A stretch of 64,000 bases of DNA from an uncultured delta proteobacterium (GTDB lineage: Bacteria; Myxococcota_A; Polyangia; Polyangiales; JAFGIB01). Under the pieces are notes generated by a model. That model was not told the origin of the DNA. It made no database searches and saw nothing but the letters and a program-made list of their open reading frames with translations. Position numbers and translations under genes: made by a program. The stretch lies in NCBI GenBank assembly GCA_963778655.1, contig CAVZVA010000010.1, forward strand, positions 32,001-96,000. The letters run 5' to 3'. Below, in pieces: positions 28,972 to 38,628 of this stretch (the stretch's first letter is position 1; each line of letters starts with the position of its first letter).

Positions 28972-29529
28972 TCATTTCAGCCGGCGTGCAATCTGAAGAG
29001 CACGCTTCCAGTACGTGACAGCCGCGAAGATGCCTCCAATCGCAGCGACCGCGATCAGCGCATCGGTTCGCGGCGCCCGAAATAGTGCCGCGCTCACCGC
29101 CGCGAACTGCAGCACGGTTGCGACCTTTCCCGGCACGTTCGCGGCGGGCTGCTCGGCACGCACGCCGCGCGCGCGATCGTTCAGGGCGAGCCAAACGACC
29201 AGCGGGAGCTCGCCGATCTCGCGGGTGCTCAGGAGTAGAACGGCGCCCGCGGAGAGCTTGCGCTGCGTCACCAGGGCGACGGCGACGGTAAGGACGAACA
29301 GCTTGTCGGTAAGTGGGTCGACGGCGCAGCCCGTGGGCGTCACCTGCCGAAAGCGACGCGCGTACCAGCCGTCGAGCACGTCGCTGACGGCGGCCGCGCA
29401 CAGCAGCGCAAAAGCAAAGCGCGGCTGGTCAACCACCCACGGAAAGCAGGCGGCCATGGGAACACGCGCCAGGCTCAGCAGTCCCGGGACCGTCAGGAGG
29501 TCGCGCGCCCGGTAGCGCCCGTTTGGCAT
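28972..29529 (-). CDS. CDP-alcohol phosphatidyltransferase (PgsA-like)
   Basis: PGLLSLAR, SDVLDGWYARR..TPTG..VDPLTDK, GKVATVLQ. Confidence 0.9.
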   Translation of the reverse strand: MPNGRYRARDLLTVPGLLSLARVPMAACFPWVVDQPRFAFALLCAAAVSDVLDGWYARRFRQVTPTGCAVDPLTDKLFVLTVAVALVTQRKLSAGAVLLLSTREIGELPLVVWLALNDRARGVRAEQPAANVPGKVATVLQFAAVSAALFRAPRTDALIAVAAIGGIFAAVTYWKRALQIARRLK

Positions 29530-29587
29530 AGTTCCTCCTGCAGCGCATTGGCGCCGACCACGGCGAGCATGCTACGCGAGGGCTCGA

Positions 29588-31000
29588 CTAGCCGCCTTTG
29601 AGCTCCTTGGTGATGCTCTGCAGCACCTTCTTGGCATCGCCGAAGATCATGGTCGCGTTGGCGTACTCGAACAGCACGTTCTTCACGCCAGCGTAGCCCG
29701 CGCCGAGGCCGCGCTTGACGATGAACACCGCACGCGCCTCGTGCACGTTCAGGATCGGCATGCCGTAGATCGGGCTGCTCTTGTCGTGCAGCGCAACCGG
29801 GTTAACCACGTCGTTAGCGCCAAGCACGAACACCACGTCGGTGCTCTTGAACTCGGGATTGATCTCCTCCATCTCCCTCATGTGCTCGTGCGGCACGTCG
29901 GCCTCGGCCAGCAACACGTTCATGTGGCCGGGCATCCGCCCCGCCACCGGATGAACGGCGTAGCTGACGCGGCAGTTGCGCTTCTCGAGCTCGTCGGCCA
30001 GCTCACGCACCGCGTGCTGCGCCTGTGCCACAGCCAGACCGTAGCCGGGAACGAAGATCACTGACTCAGCGCTCTCCAGCATCATCGCGGCCTCCTCGGG
30101 GCCGCAAGAGGTGACGTTCTGGTACTCGCTGTCGCCTGCGCTCACGCCAGCGTCTCCGAAGCCGCCGACCAGCACGTTCAGCAGGGAGCGGTTCATGGCT
30201 ACGCACATGATTTGGCACAAGATGATGCCCGACGAGCCCACGAGCGCCCCCGCGATGATCAACAGGTTGTTGCCAAGGATGAAGCCCGTAGCAGTCGCAG
30301 CCATGCCCGAATAGCTATTGAGCAGGCAAACCACCACCGGCATGTCCGCGCCGCCGATTGGAATCACCAGCAGCACACCCAGCAGTGAGCTCACGATCGC
30401 GAGCGCGAAGACTTCGTCCACCGCGACCCCGACGTCCGCCACCATGATGTGCGCGATCAGCGCCAGCGACGCTAGACCGAGGACCGCGTTGATGGCGTGG
30501 CGGCCCGGCAGCAGAATCGGCTGGCCTTTCCTCAACCTGCCGCTCAGCTTCAAGTACGCCACCACGCTGCCGGCCAGCGTGACCGCCCCGATTAGCACCG
30601 ACAGGCCGACGGTGAAGGCCTGCGAGCCACCCAGTACGGACGAGGGTGTGCCCAGCGGCGCCTCCTCGACCAGCTTGAGCCATACGAACGCCAGCGCGAC
30701 CAGCGTCGAAGCGGCGCCGCCAAAGCCGTTGAACAGAGCGACCATCTCTGGCATCGAGGTCATCGGCACGCGCACTGCCGCGACCACACCGATCACGCCG
30801 CCGACGGCAACACCGCCGGCGATCCAGCGGTAGTCGATGGTGCCGAGCTCGAGCAGCGTGCCGACCACGGCGAGCAGCATGCCGGCCGCGGCGACACTGT
30901 TACCGGTGCGCGCGGACCGGACCCGGCCGAGCAGCTTGAGCCCGTAGATGAAGAGCACCGACGAGACCAGGTAGATCGCTGGGACGATCAGCCTGTGCAT
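29588..31000 (-). CDS. pntB: NAD(P)+ transhydrogenase beta subunit
   Basis: MTSMPEMVALFNGFGG, IGGADMPVV, LNSYSG, VPGYGLAVAQAQH, HPVAGRMPGHMNVLLAEA, GANDVVNP. Confidence 0.96.
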   Translation of the reverse strand: MHRLIVPAIYLVSSVLFIYGLKLLGRVRSARTGNSVAAAGMLLAVVGTLLELGTIDYRWIAGGVAVGGVIGVVAAVRVPMTSMPEMVALFNGFGGAASTLVALAFVWLKLVEEAPLGTPSSVLGGSQAFTVGLSVLIGAVTLAGSVVAYLKLSGRLRKGQPILLPGRHAINAVLGLASLALIAHIMVADVGVAVDEVFALAIVSSLLGVLLVIPIGGADMPVVVCLLNSYSGMAATATGFILGNNLLIIAGALVGSSGIILCQIMCVAMNRSLLNVLVGGFGDAGVSAGDSEYQNVTSCGPEEAAMMLESAESVIFVPGYGLAVAQAQHAVRELADELEKRNCRVSYAVHPVAGRMPGHMNVLLAEADVPHEHMREMEEINPEFKSTDVVFVLGANDVVNPVALHDKSSPIYGMPILNVHEARAVFIVKRGLGAGYAGVKNVLFEYANATMIFGDAKKVLQSITKELKGG

Positions 31001-31008
31001 GAGATCGC

Positions 31009-31296
31009 TCACTTCTTCTTCCCGAACATCTTGAGCATGCGGTCGGTGACGACGAAGCCGCCGACCACATTGATGGTGGCCAGCGCGATCGCAAGAAAGC
31101 CGAGCACGTTGCTGCCGGTGACCGCGGCCGTGGTCGCCGTGGTGAGCGCACCGACGATGGTGATGCCGCTGATCGCGTTCGAGCCGCTGGTCAACGGCGT
31201 GTGCAGCAGCGGCGGCACCTTGGTGATGACTTCGAAACCCACAAAAGTTGCGAGCACTAGCACGTAGATGCCGACCAGCAAGGGTCCCATGACCAT
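31009..31296 (-). CDS. pntAB: NAD(P)+ transhydrogenase alpha subunit part 2 (membrane)
   Basis: GFEVITKVPPLLHTPLTSGSNAISG, INVVGGFVVTDRMLKMF. Confidence 0.93.
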   Translation of the reverse strand: MVMGPLLVGIYVLVLATFVGFEVITKVPPLLHTPLTSGSNAISGITIVGALTTATTAAVTGSNVLGFLAIALATINVVGGFVVTDRMLKMFGKKK

Positions 31297-31859
31297 GACG
31301 CCGTTCCTCCGTCCTTTGCGGCACGCCGTGGCCGCTTCCGCCCGGTTTCGCGCGTTCGGCTCGACGCCGCGACCGAGCAGCGTCCGTAGCGCGCTGCCGG
31401 GCTCTCGTCCATCCGGCTGTGCCGCGACCCCGCGCCCGGAGCATAGCAAGGCCGGCGCCGCGTGGCGTGGCCCGCAGCCCGGAGGCGATGCGCCCGCCCC
31501 GGCCCAGAGGACGGCGATCTGCTCTGCCCAGCTCGGTTGCGCGAGGTCAAGTCATCGGTGGGCCACCGACGCACCACGCCCATCCGGCGCCGTCGTGGCG
31601 TCCCCCCGCGTTTCGAGAATCAAAGATGCCGGAGACATCTCAGACATTGCGCCTGGCACCGGTGCAACTCCGTTCCATCCCATCGAAGCGCGAAGGGAGT
31701 CCCGCACACTGTGTCCTGCACCGTACTGCACCGTGCCATCGATCACGGAGTGACTGGGAGCCATGGCGCGCCGACCTTCGAAATGCGCAACCGGCTGGAG
31801 CTACTCCACAACGGTGGGGGAGCAGGGGCTCCAGGCGCAGGTGCGAGAAACAGCCCGCT

Positions 31860-33374
31860 CTACATGCAGTTGTTGACGCCGTGAATTGCGGCCGCCAGCG
31901 GGTCGCTGCTGGTCAGCGACATCGGCGGGTAATAGAGCGTAAACAAATAGCACATCTCATCTGTCGTCTTCGAGCCATACGTCGCCGGCGCGCTGTAGTA
32001 GCAGGTCGTGGCAAGGCTGTCGCCTGGGTTGATGACGGCGTTCTCCGGATAGGAGTGTTGGTAGTTGAAGTCGAAGGGTTGGTCGTGCAGGGTTTCCTGC
32101 GTTCCGTCCGCACGCGTGATGATGACCGTCATGCGATTGCCCTTCAGATGCATGTGCGGCATGGTCGAGATGATGTGAGCGGGCACGCCGCTCGTGGGCG
32201 TGCAGGTCCCCGTGGCCACGGTGCCGTTGATCGCGTCGGTGCCGAGAAAGGCGATCGAGGCCACGTTGGCGGGCTTGGTCGGCGTCACGCATAGCTCGAC
32301 CCCCGAGGCGTCGGGCGCGGGCGCACCGGTGGTGTTGTTGTGGTGGGTCTCGAGCGTATAGCCGACGTCGGAGGGCAGCTCGACACCCACGTCCGGATCG
32401 AGATAGATGTCCGAGGCGCCCGGCGCCCAGCCGGTCACAAACTGCCCATCGGGGTGGGCTCCGGTCGAGCTCGAGATCGCGCCATCGGTGACCGCGGCGT
32501 TGTCCTTGTAGAGGATCCAGTGGTGAATCGCCGCCATGTTGCCGATGACGGTCTTGAACGAGCGGCCATACATGATGCCTTGCCACGGCGCCATGAAGTC
32601 GAAGTTGTTGTAGAGGTCCGGGGTGGTGGGCGTGGTGAACGGCTGTGTCTTGTCCCCGGGGTCGTGCGAGAGAAACTGGTAGCACTTCATCAGCGGGTCG
32701 TTGTACTCGATCGGGTCCGGCGACTCGCCGCCCATATGCGTGGCGGGCATCGCGCCCCCCCCCGCTCCCGCGGCGCCGGAGGCGCCGGTGCTGCCGCTGC
32801 CCGCAGGCGTGATCGCGCAGGGCTGTGCGCTCGGCAGGGCGCCTCCGTTGACCCAGTCGTTGAGCGCTTGCAGCTCGTTCGCGCTCAGCGCCGTGCCCGA
32901 AGCCGGGGGCATGCGCCTGCTCACCTCGGTCGCGTTGATGCGCGCGGGAATCATCTGGTAGACGAGCTTGCTCGCGTCGCTCTTGGCTGGCGCGTGGAAA
33001 TCCGCATAGGTCATCAGCGACATCGGCGCGCCGAACGCGGGTGGATTGGTGTGACAGGTGGTGCAGTGCGTGCTGACGACCGTTGCCACCTCGCAGGGCA
33101 CGCCGCCGCTGATCGGCGCGCCGGCCCCGGCGCCGCCGGTTACGGTCGGAGCGGTGGTCGGGGCGGACATCGGCCCCGCGCCGGAGCCTGCCGCGATCCC
33201 GCCGGCGGCCGGCGCGCCGCTGGGCTGCCCAACCACGGCCGTGCCCGGGTTACCTTGCCCCATGCTTTGGCCGCGCCCCGCGCCGCCATCGCTGGCGCCA
33301 CAACCGCAAAGCAACGCGATCAGCACGATCAGCGGCCATGATGGCCACGGGCTGAGCCTATCGGTTCCGCGCAT
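31860..33374 (-). CDS. Lipoprotein: monohaem cytochrome c + copper type II (PHM/DBH-like) monooxygenase
   Basis: Lipobox LCGC, CTTCH with MPP, IHHWILY, GWAPG, LETHHNN, MPHMHLKG, FDFNYQ, DEMCY. Confidence 0.85.
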   Translation of the reverse strand: MRGTDRLSPWPSWPLIVLIALLCGCGASDGGAGRGQSMGQGNPGTAVVGQPSGAPAAGGIAAGSGAGPMSAPTTAPTVTGGAGAGAPISGGVPCEVATVVSTHCTTCHTNPPAFGAPMSLMTYADFHAPAKSDASKLVYQMIPARINATEVSRRMPPASGTALSANELQALNDWVNGGALPSAQPCAITPAGSGSTGASGAAGAGGGAMPATHMGGESPDPIEYNDPLMKCYQFLSHDPGDKTQPFTTPTTPDLYNNFDFMAPWQGIMYGRSFKTVIGNMAAIHHWILYKDNAAVTDGAISSSTGAHPDGQFVTGWAPGASDIYLDPDVGVELPSDVGYTLETHHNNTTGAPAPDASGVELCVTPTKPANVASIAFLGTDAINGTVATGTCTPTSGVPAHIISTMPHMHLKGNRMTVIITRADGTQETLHDQPFDFNYQHSYPENAVINPGDSLATTCYYSAPATYGSKTTDEMCYLFTLYYPPMSLTSSDPLAAAIHGVNNCM

Positions 33375-33846
33375 GGGCCGTCTCCATCAAGCGGTGTGCG
33401 AGGCGCGCGCCAACTGATCTACAGACAGAAGCAGCAAGACAAAGACAAGCGAGCCACGAGACGCGCCCACCTCGGCCGCAAATCCGCTATTCACCTCGTC
33501 GCGCGGCCTTCGCACACTGACACTGCGGCCGATTCGAGCTCGCATGGCGCACCTAACCCGCCGTGCCGACCGCCTCATTGCTGCAAGGGTACAACCATCG
33601 CGCGCAACAGCAAGAACGAATCCACCTTGCAGCGTCGGCGAAGGAGGCCTCGAGCAAGCCCTGGCGCTCAAAGGGGGCATTGGGGGACGCTCGCGGGCCA
33701 CACGCGCGGCCAACCGGGGTACAGGCGCGCAGCGCGCAGGCCGCGCGGTGCGGCGCTTAAACCGATCACGTATAAGCTAATGGGAGCTCGGCTCGCGCGC
33801 GGGGCGAGGATCTGTTCGGCAAAGCGCGCGGCGAGAGGCTCGCCGT

Positions 33847-34932
33847 TCACACCAGCAGCACGTTGCCCTCGCGCCGCAAGCGCACGTCCATCGGAGCGCT
33901 GATCGTGGACAGCCCTCCGGTGGCCTGCAGCAACGCTCGCGCCGACGTCAGCGCGTCGCCCTCGAGCGCGCGAAAGCAATCGTAGGGCCGTTGCCAGCGC
34001 CAGAGATTGAAAGGATAGATGCGCCGGGTTCCGGTAACACCCTCGACGGTAAAGCTGTGCTCGCCGATCGTCCGCCGCAGGCGCCCGGTCTGGGTCTGCG
34101 CGAGCTGGGACAGGGCGTGCATCGTGCTGAGCAGCACGGGCCCTTGCTCGCGAAACATCCTTGCCAGGACGGGCTCGAGCGTCTGGGGCACCTGGTCGCC
34201 GGACAAGAAATCGCCGGAGCGCGGTGCGGGCCGAATCATGCGCTCGACCCAAGCCGCCACGCGTGGGGCGCGCTGGCGCATGAGCCGGCCGGAATAAGGA
34301 TCGCGATAGAGATGCGCGTAGAGCGGGCCGATCAGACCGAAGTCCCCGATCGAAGGGCGCCCACCGAGCAGGTATGGATGTTGCGCGAAGTGCGCATCGA
34401 GCTCGCCCAGCAGCCCGAGGTAGCTCTGCTCGATGGCCGCGGCAGTGGCTTCGGTGACCCCGAGCATGGGTAGCGCGCCCGCAAACGGCTTCGCGACCAT
34501 CTCTCCGATCGCGAGTTGCTGTTCCGGCGTTGCGTCGGACCCGGCGAGCGCGCCGAATTCCCGGACGGCAAAGGCGCGGTTTTCAGGGAAGCTCCAGCGG
34601 TAGTGCATCGCCGGGATCACCAGCCATTCGTCGCCGTAGACTTCGAGCAGCAGCGCGACCAGTCGCTGCAGCGGTCCGCTCGGATAGACGCTCGCTTCCG
34701 GCTCGCGCTCTTCCAAGAAGTCGATGATGGCGGTCGAGTCCTGCACCGCGACGTCGTCGTCGGAGATCAAGACCGGGATGAAACGCACACCGGTACGGGG
34801 CACGATGACGTTCGCGTACACCTCCGGCGTGGCCAGGACCTCGTCGAACTCGATGCCTTTGAAGCGCAGGTAGGCGCGCACTTTTCCGGTGTAAAGCGAG
34901 ACCTCGGCGCCGATCAGCTGCTGTCTTGACAT
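33847..34932 (-). CDS. Glutathione S-transferase family protein
   Basis: SLYTGKVRAYLRFKGI, IPVL, QDSTAIIDFLE, YLLGGRPSIGDFGL. Confidence 0.9.
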   Translation of the reverse strand: MSRQQLIGAEVSLYTGKVRAYLRFKGIEFDEVLATPEVYANVIVPRTGVRFIPVLISDDDVAVQDSTAIIDFLEEREPEASVYPSGPLQRLVALLLEVYGDEWLVIPAMHYRWSFPENRAFAVREFGALAGSDATPEQQLAIGEMVAKPFAGALPMLGVTEATAAAIEQSYLGLLGELDAHFAQHPYLLGGRPSIGDFGLIGPLYAHLYRDPYSGRLMRQRAPRVAAWVERMIRPAPRSGDFLSGDQVPQTLEPVLARMFREQGPVLLSTMHALSQLAQTQTGRLRRTIGEHSFTVEGVTGTRRIYPFNLWRWQRPYDCFRALEGDALTSARALLQATGGLSTISAPMDVRLRREGNVLLV

Positions 34933-34955
34933 GGCTCTCACGCGGCTCGATTCGC

Positions 34956-36344
34956 TCAGTGTACGTCGGGCAGGCTGCCGTCGGCGTTGCGCTGCGCCGC
35001 AATCGCAGCGCTGGCCGACATGGTCACCGTGAGCGCACCCGTGCTCGAGAGCGAGCAGAACGTGCCCTTTCCGTTGCCCTGACCGCCGCACATCGAGAGC
35101 TGCGGAACGTCCGGGTTGTTGTTGCGCACGAAGCCGCACGCGAGGTTCGAGATCGACGCGCAGTCTGTGACCATGTGCACGGCGCCGCCCTCATTGGGGT
35201 CGCCCAACGCAGGCGCGCCGCCCAGCTTGAATCCGTTGCCGTCGCCGTTGGGGTTGCTCTGCGTGGAGCTGATCTTGCCGTTCTCGATCGCCCAGCAGTG
35301 ATCGATCACCACCACGTCGTCTGCGGCGAACAGGTCCCAGCCGTCGTCCGCGTTGTGCCAAGCCCGACAACCGCGGAACACGTTGCCCGCGCCGATGTGG
35401 AGCTTGGCCGCAAACCCGTCGGCGTTCTCGCCGCCGTTGGCGGCGTCGTAGTTCTCGTAGGAGTCGCAGTTCAGGACTGTGTTGTGCGCGGCCCGCGTGG
35501 GGTCGCTGGCCTCCGAGCCGTCGGCGGTGATCTGCAGCCCGGTGTCGTCGCAGCCGTGGATCACGACCTGCTCGACGGTATTGTGCGAGCCCGAGATGTG
35601 GACGCAGTTGTCACCGGCGTTCTCGAGCTCGAGCCCGCGCAGATGCCAGTACTGGCCGGAAAGCTCGAGCCCGCGCGCCGAGCTCGTGTCGCGCGGCTCC
35701 TCGGAAAAGTCGAAGACCGGCCGAGCGCCGGGCGCGGCGAACAGGTTGAAGGGGCTCTGCTCGCCGCCGGTCTTCTGGAGGTTCACGGTCTTGTCGAACG
35801 CGTAGGTTCCTGCCTTCACCCAGATGGTCGTGCCGGCCGTCGCGCGGTCGTGCGCCGCTGCCAGCCCGCGCAGCGGGGCGCTCTCGGTGCCGGGATTGGC
35901 GTCGTCGCCATCGGGTGCGATCCACAACGCGGGCCCGCTCTGCCCGGCATCGACCGCAGCGGCGGCATCACCCTGGCCGGTGACGGCGGCGTCGCCCGGG
36001 TTGCCGGGCGGGACACTGGCGTCGGAACGGCTGCCTGCGCCCGCGGCGCCGTTGGTACCCGCATCGGGCCCGGCGAATCCGTCCGCGCCTCCGGTGACTG
36101 CGCCCCCGCCGGCCCCGCCCGCGCTGTCACCGGCCATCGCGCCGCCCGTCCCTGCTGCCGGGGTGCCGCCGGTGCCTGCGGCTGTGCTCGGCGGTACACC
36201 TGCGCCCTGAGCCGTTTGGTCGGGCGTCGTCCCCAGCCGGTTCGAGGACCCGGGATTGGCGCTACACGCCGCAGCCATCACGCCGACGGCCAGCCCGAGC
36301 CCGAAGTGAAGGCTGAAGGGCGACCGATTGTTGCCTGCAGTCAT
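34956..36344 (-). CDS. Lipoprotein polysaccharide lyase family 9 (pectate-lyase-like beta-helix)
   Basis: Lipobox AAAC, GDDANPGT..P, DTGLQI, NADGFAAK, NADDGWDLF, GDGNGFKLGG. Confidence 0.88.
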   Translation of the reverse strand: MTAGNNRSPFSLHFGLGLAVGVMAAACSANPGSSNRLGTTPDQTAQGAGVPPSTAAGTGGTPAAGTGGAMAGDSAGGAGGGAVTGGADGFAGPDAGTNGAAGAGSRSDASVPPGNPGDAAVTGQGDAAAAVDAGQSGPALWIAPDGDDANPGTESAPLRGLAAAHDRATAGTTIWVKAGTYAFDKTVNLQKTGGEQSPFNLFAAPGARPVFDFSEEPRDTSSARGLELSGQYWHLRGLELENAGDNCVHISGSHNTVEQVVIHGCDDTGLQITADGSEASDPTRAAHNTVLNCDSYENYDAANGGENADGFAAKLHIGAGNVFRGCRAWHNADDGWDLFAADDVVVIDHCWAIENGKISSTQSNPNGDGNGFKLGGAPALGDPNEGGAVHMVTDCASISNLACGFVRNNNPDVPQLSMCGGQGNGKGTFCSLSSTGALTVTMSASAAIAAQRNADGSLPDVH

Positions 36345-36679
36345 GGCGATGACTCCTCGCGACAGTCGTGCTGCAGTCCACTACAAACGGGTCACGAGCG
36401 AGACCGCTTACCCCGGCGGTTGAGCGCGCCGCCCGCCCAGATCGAGACCGCGCTGCGAGTCGCCTGGTGCCGCGAGATGCGCCGGCGGTCAGCGAGCTCG
36501 GAATGCCCAACCGGGGAAGCGGCCCACTCGTCGACCGAGCATTCGACGCAGGCCGAGGTGAGCGCTTCCTTTGACGAGTAGCTAGTCATGGATCTGATTA
36601 CTGTCAATACTCCCCAAGGGCACCGGGGCCGATCCGCTTGCGCGCGTAGAGAACGGCCGCCCCTGGGTCGTTCCTGCGG

Positions 36680-36815
36680 GCTCGAACACGTATGCGGCAC
36701 CGCCGTTGGTGAGGACGTCGCTGCTCGTTGCCGGGTCGACGCCCGCAGCGGCGCTGTTTTCGCCCGGCGCGCCGACCGCGGCCACGAAAGCGCCGATGCA
36801 GGCGACGTTTCGACC
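36680..36815 (-). pseudogene. Remnant of an FG-GAP (integrin-alpha-like) repeat protein
   Basis: GRNVACIGAFVAAVGAPGENSAAAGVDPATSSDVLTNGGAAYVFE resembles one FG-GAP blade (xAVGAPGE...GAxYVF) with no surrounding gene. Confidence 0.6.
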
Positions 36816-36883
36816 AGGGCGTGCTACCCAGATGTAAGGTGGGACGTTCGCCGGGGCGCGGCGGCCCCTTGTGAGCCCGGGCC

Positions 36884-38017
36884 ATGGTCGGAGACGTCAA
36901 GCGAGCGATCGGAGCGGCATGCATGCTCGCGTGCCTGGTCGGGTGCGGGGCCGACCCCCAAGGCGCCTCGCAACGCGGTGGGCCCGCGACCGCCACTGGC
37001 GGTGCTCCTGCAAGCGGAAGCGGCCCGGCTGTCGGCGGCGGTTCGGACGCGTTCGGAAACGCAACCGCGGCGACCGGCGGCGGCGGCGCGAGCGGCAGCG
37101 GCGACGGCGCCGGACCGGTCGTCGCCCCGGGTGACCCCCAGTGCGGCGGCGACACCTACGACGCCCAGGCGCGACCGCTCGATATCTACGTGATGATGGA
37201 CGAATCGCTGTCGATGGTCGTTCCCACCGACTTGTGGACCCCTGTTACCACGGCGCTCAACCAGTTCTTCACCAATCCCCAGACCGCTGGCATCGGCGTC
37301 GGCATCCAGTTCTTCTCCGGCGGTTGCGACGTCGCGCCGTACCAGACGCCGCTGGTGGACGTGGCGGATCTGCCCGGCAATGCGGCCGCCTTGCAGTCCG
37401 CGATGGCGGCGCAGGTGCCGTCGCTCGGCACGGCGACCACGGCCGCCCTGCAAGGTGCGATCGCGTTCGCGCGAGCACGCCAGATGCAGATGCCGGACCG
37501 CAAACAGGCCGTGCTGCTGGTCACCGACGGCGAGCCCGCAGGGTGCGGCTCCACGCTCGACAACGCGTCGGCCGCGGCAGCCGACGGTTTGAACGGAATC
37601 CCGTCGATCCCGACCTACGTCCTCGGCATCGGCAACGTGGACGGGCTCAACCAAATGGCGGCGGCGGGTGGCACCGGCGACGCGTTTCTCGTGGACGACC
37701 CTACACAGGTTCAGGGCGTGGTCGACGCGATCAACCAGATCCGCTCCCAGGCCTTGCCGTGCGAGTACGCGATCCCCGAAAGCAGCGGCGGCTTCGACAA
37801 GACGCTCGTGAACTTGAGCTGGTCGCACGACGGCAGCACGACGCTCGTGCCGTACGTGGGCGACGCTATGAAGTGCGATGCGGCGCAGGGCGGCTGGTAC
37901 TACGACCATCCCGATGTGCCGATGGAGCTCGTGGCCTGCTCGCAGACATGCGACCAGCTGCGCGCGGGCGGCAGCGTGAGCGTGGTGCTCGGCTGCCCGC
38001 GGGTCGTGCCCGAGTGA
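36884..38017 (+). CDS. vWA-domain lipoprotein (myxobacterial type)
   Basis: Lipobox LVGC, MIDAS DESLSM, T, LVTDGEP, Cys-rich tail with GGWYYD..CSQTCDQL..LGCP. Confidence 0.88.
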   Translation: MVGDVKRAIGAACMLACLVGCGADPQGASQRGGPATATGGAPASGSGPAVGGGSDAFGNATAATGGGGASGSGDGAGPVVAPGDPQCGGDTYDAQARPLDIYVMMDESLSMVVPTDLWTPVTTALNQFFTNPQTAGIGVGIQFFSGGCDVAPYQTPLVDVADLPGNAAALQSAMAAQVPSLGTATTAALQGAIAFARARQMQMPDRKQAVLLVTDGEPAGCGSTLDNASAAAADGLNGIPSIPTYVLGIGNVDGLNQMAAAGGTGDAFLVDDPTQVQGVVDAINQIRSQALPCEYAIPESSGGFDKTLVNLSWSHDGSTTLVPYVGDAMKCDAAQGGWYYDHPDVPMELVACSQTCDQLRAGGSVSVVLGCPRVVPE

Positions 38018-38628
38018 CGAGCGGACACGCTTCGCTCGGAGGTCGCGCTCGAGGACGCGGATACGGCGCTCCAAAACGCCAACTCTCCCGCCACGCGCTC
38101 GCTTCACCGTAGAGCCGATCTCAATACCCGGCGTGGCCGGATTTCGGAGCGCGACGGTGCTGGATGCAAGGCGCGCGACCGATGCAATACTTCTTGACAT
38201 TTCGAGTGTCGCGCAACGCCGCAGGCGGCGCTGTCCCGCCCGGAAGGCGGTCGCGGAGGGTTTTGAGCGCCGCTGCGGCGAGAGCACAAATTGCATCCCC
38301 GACCGCGCGCCACAGAACCGACCTCGGCGCGACGGATGGCCGCTTCAGTCGAGCTCGCCCATTGCAACCATGGCGAAGTCGCCTCCCGCGGTCGGGACAC
38401 CCCTCGGTCACCAAAGGTCATCAACGGTTACCGCTTTAGGGCCGCAGCCCGCCGTAGAGTCCCCGTCGAGTGGCGCGTCCGCGGGCCGCGCGGACGCGCG
38501 CGACATTGCTTGGACATCATGTTCGGACACGGAATTCGGGGCCCACAGCGACCTGCTCGAGAGTCCTACGTCCTCGTCACGAGGGTCGCAGCGCCGTTCC
38601 CGCCGTCCATTGCGATCTCGAGAGCGCG

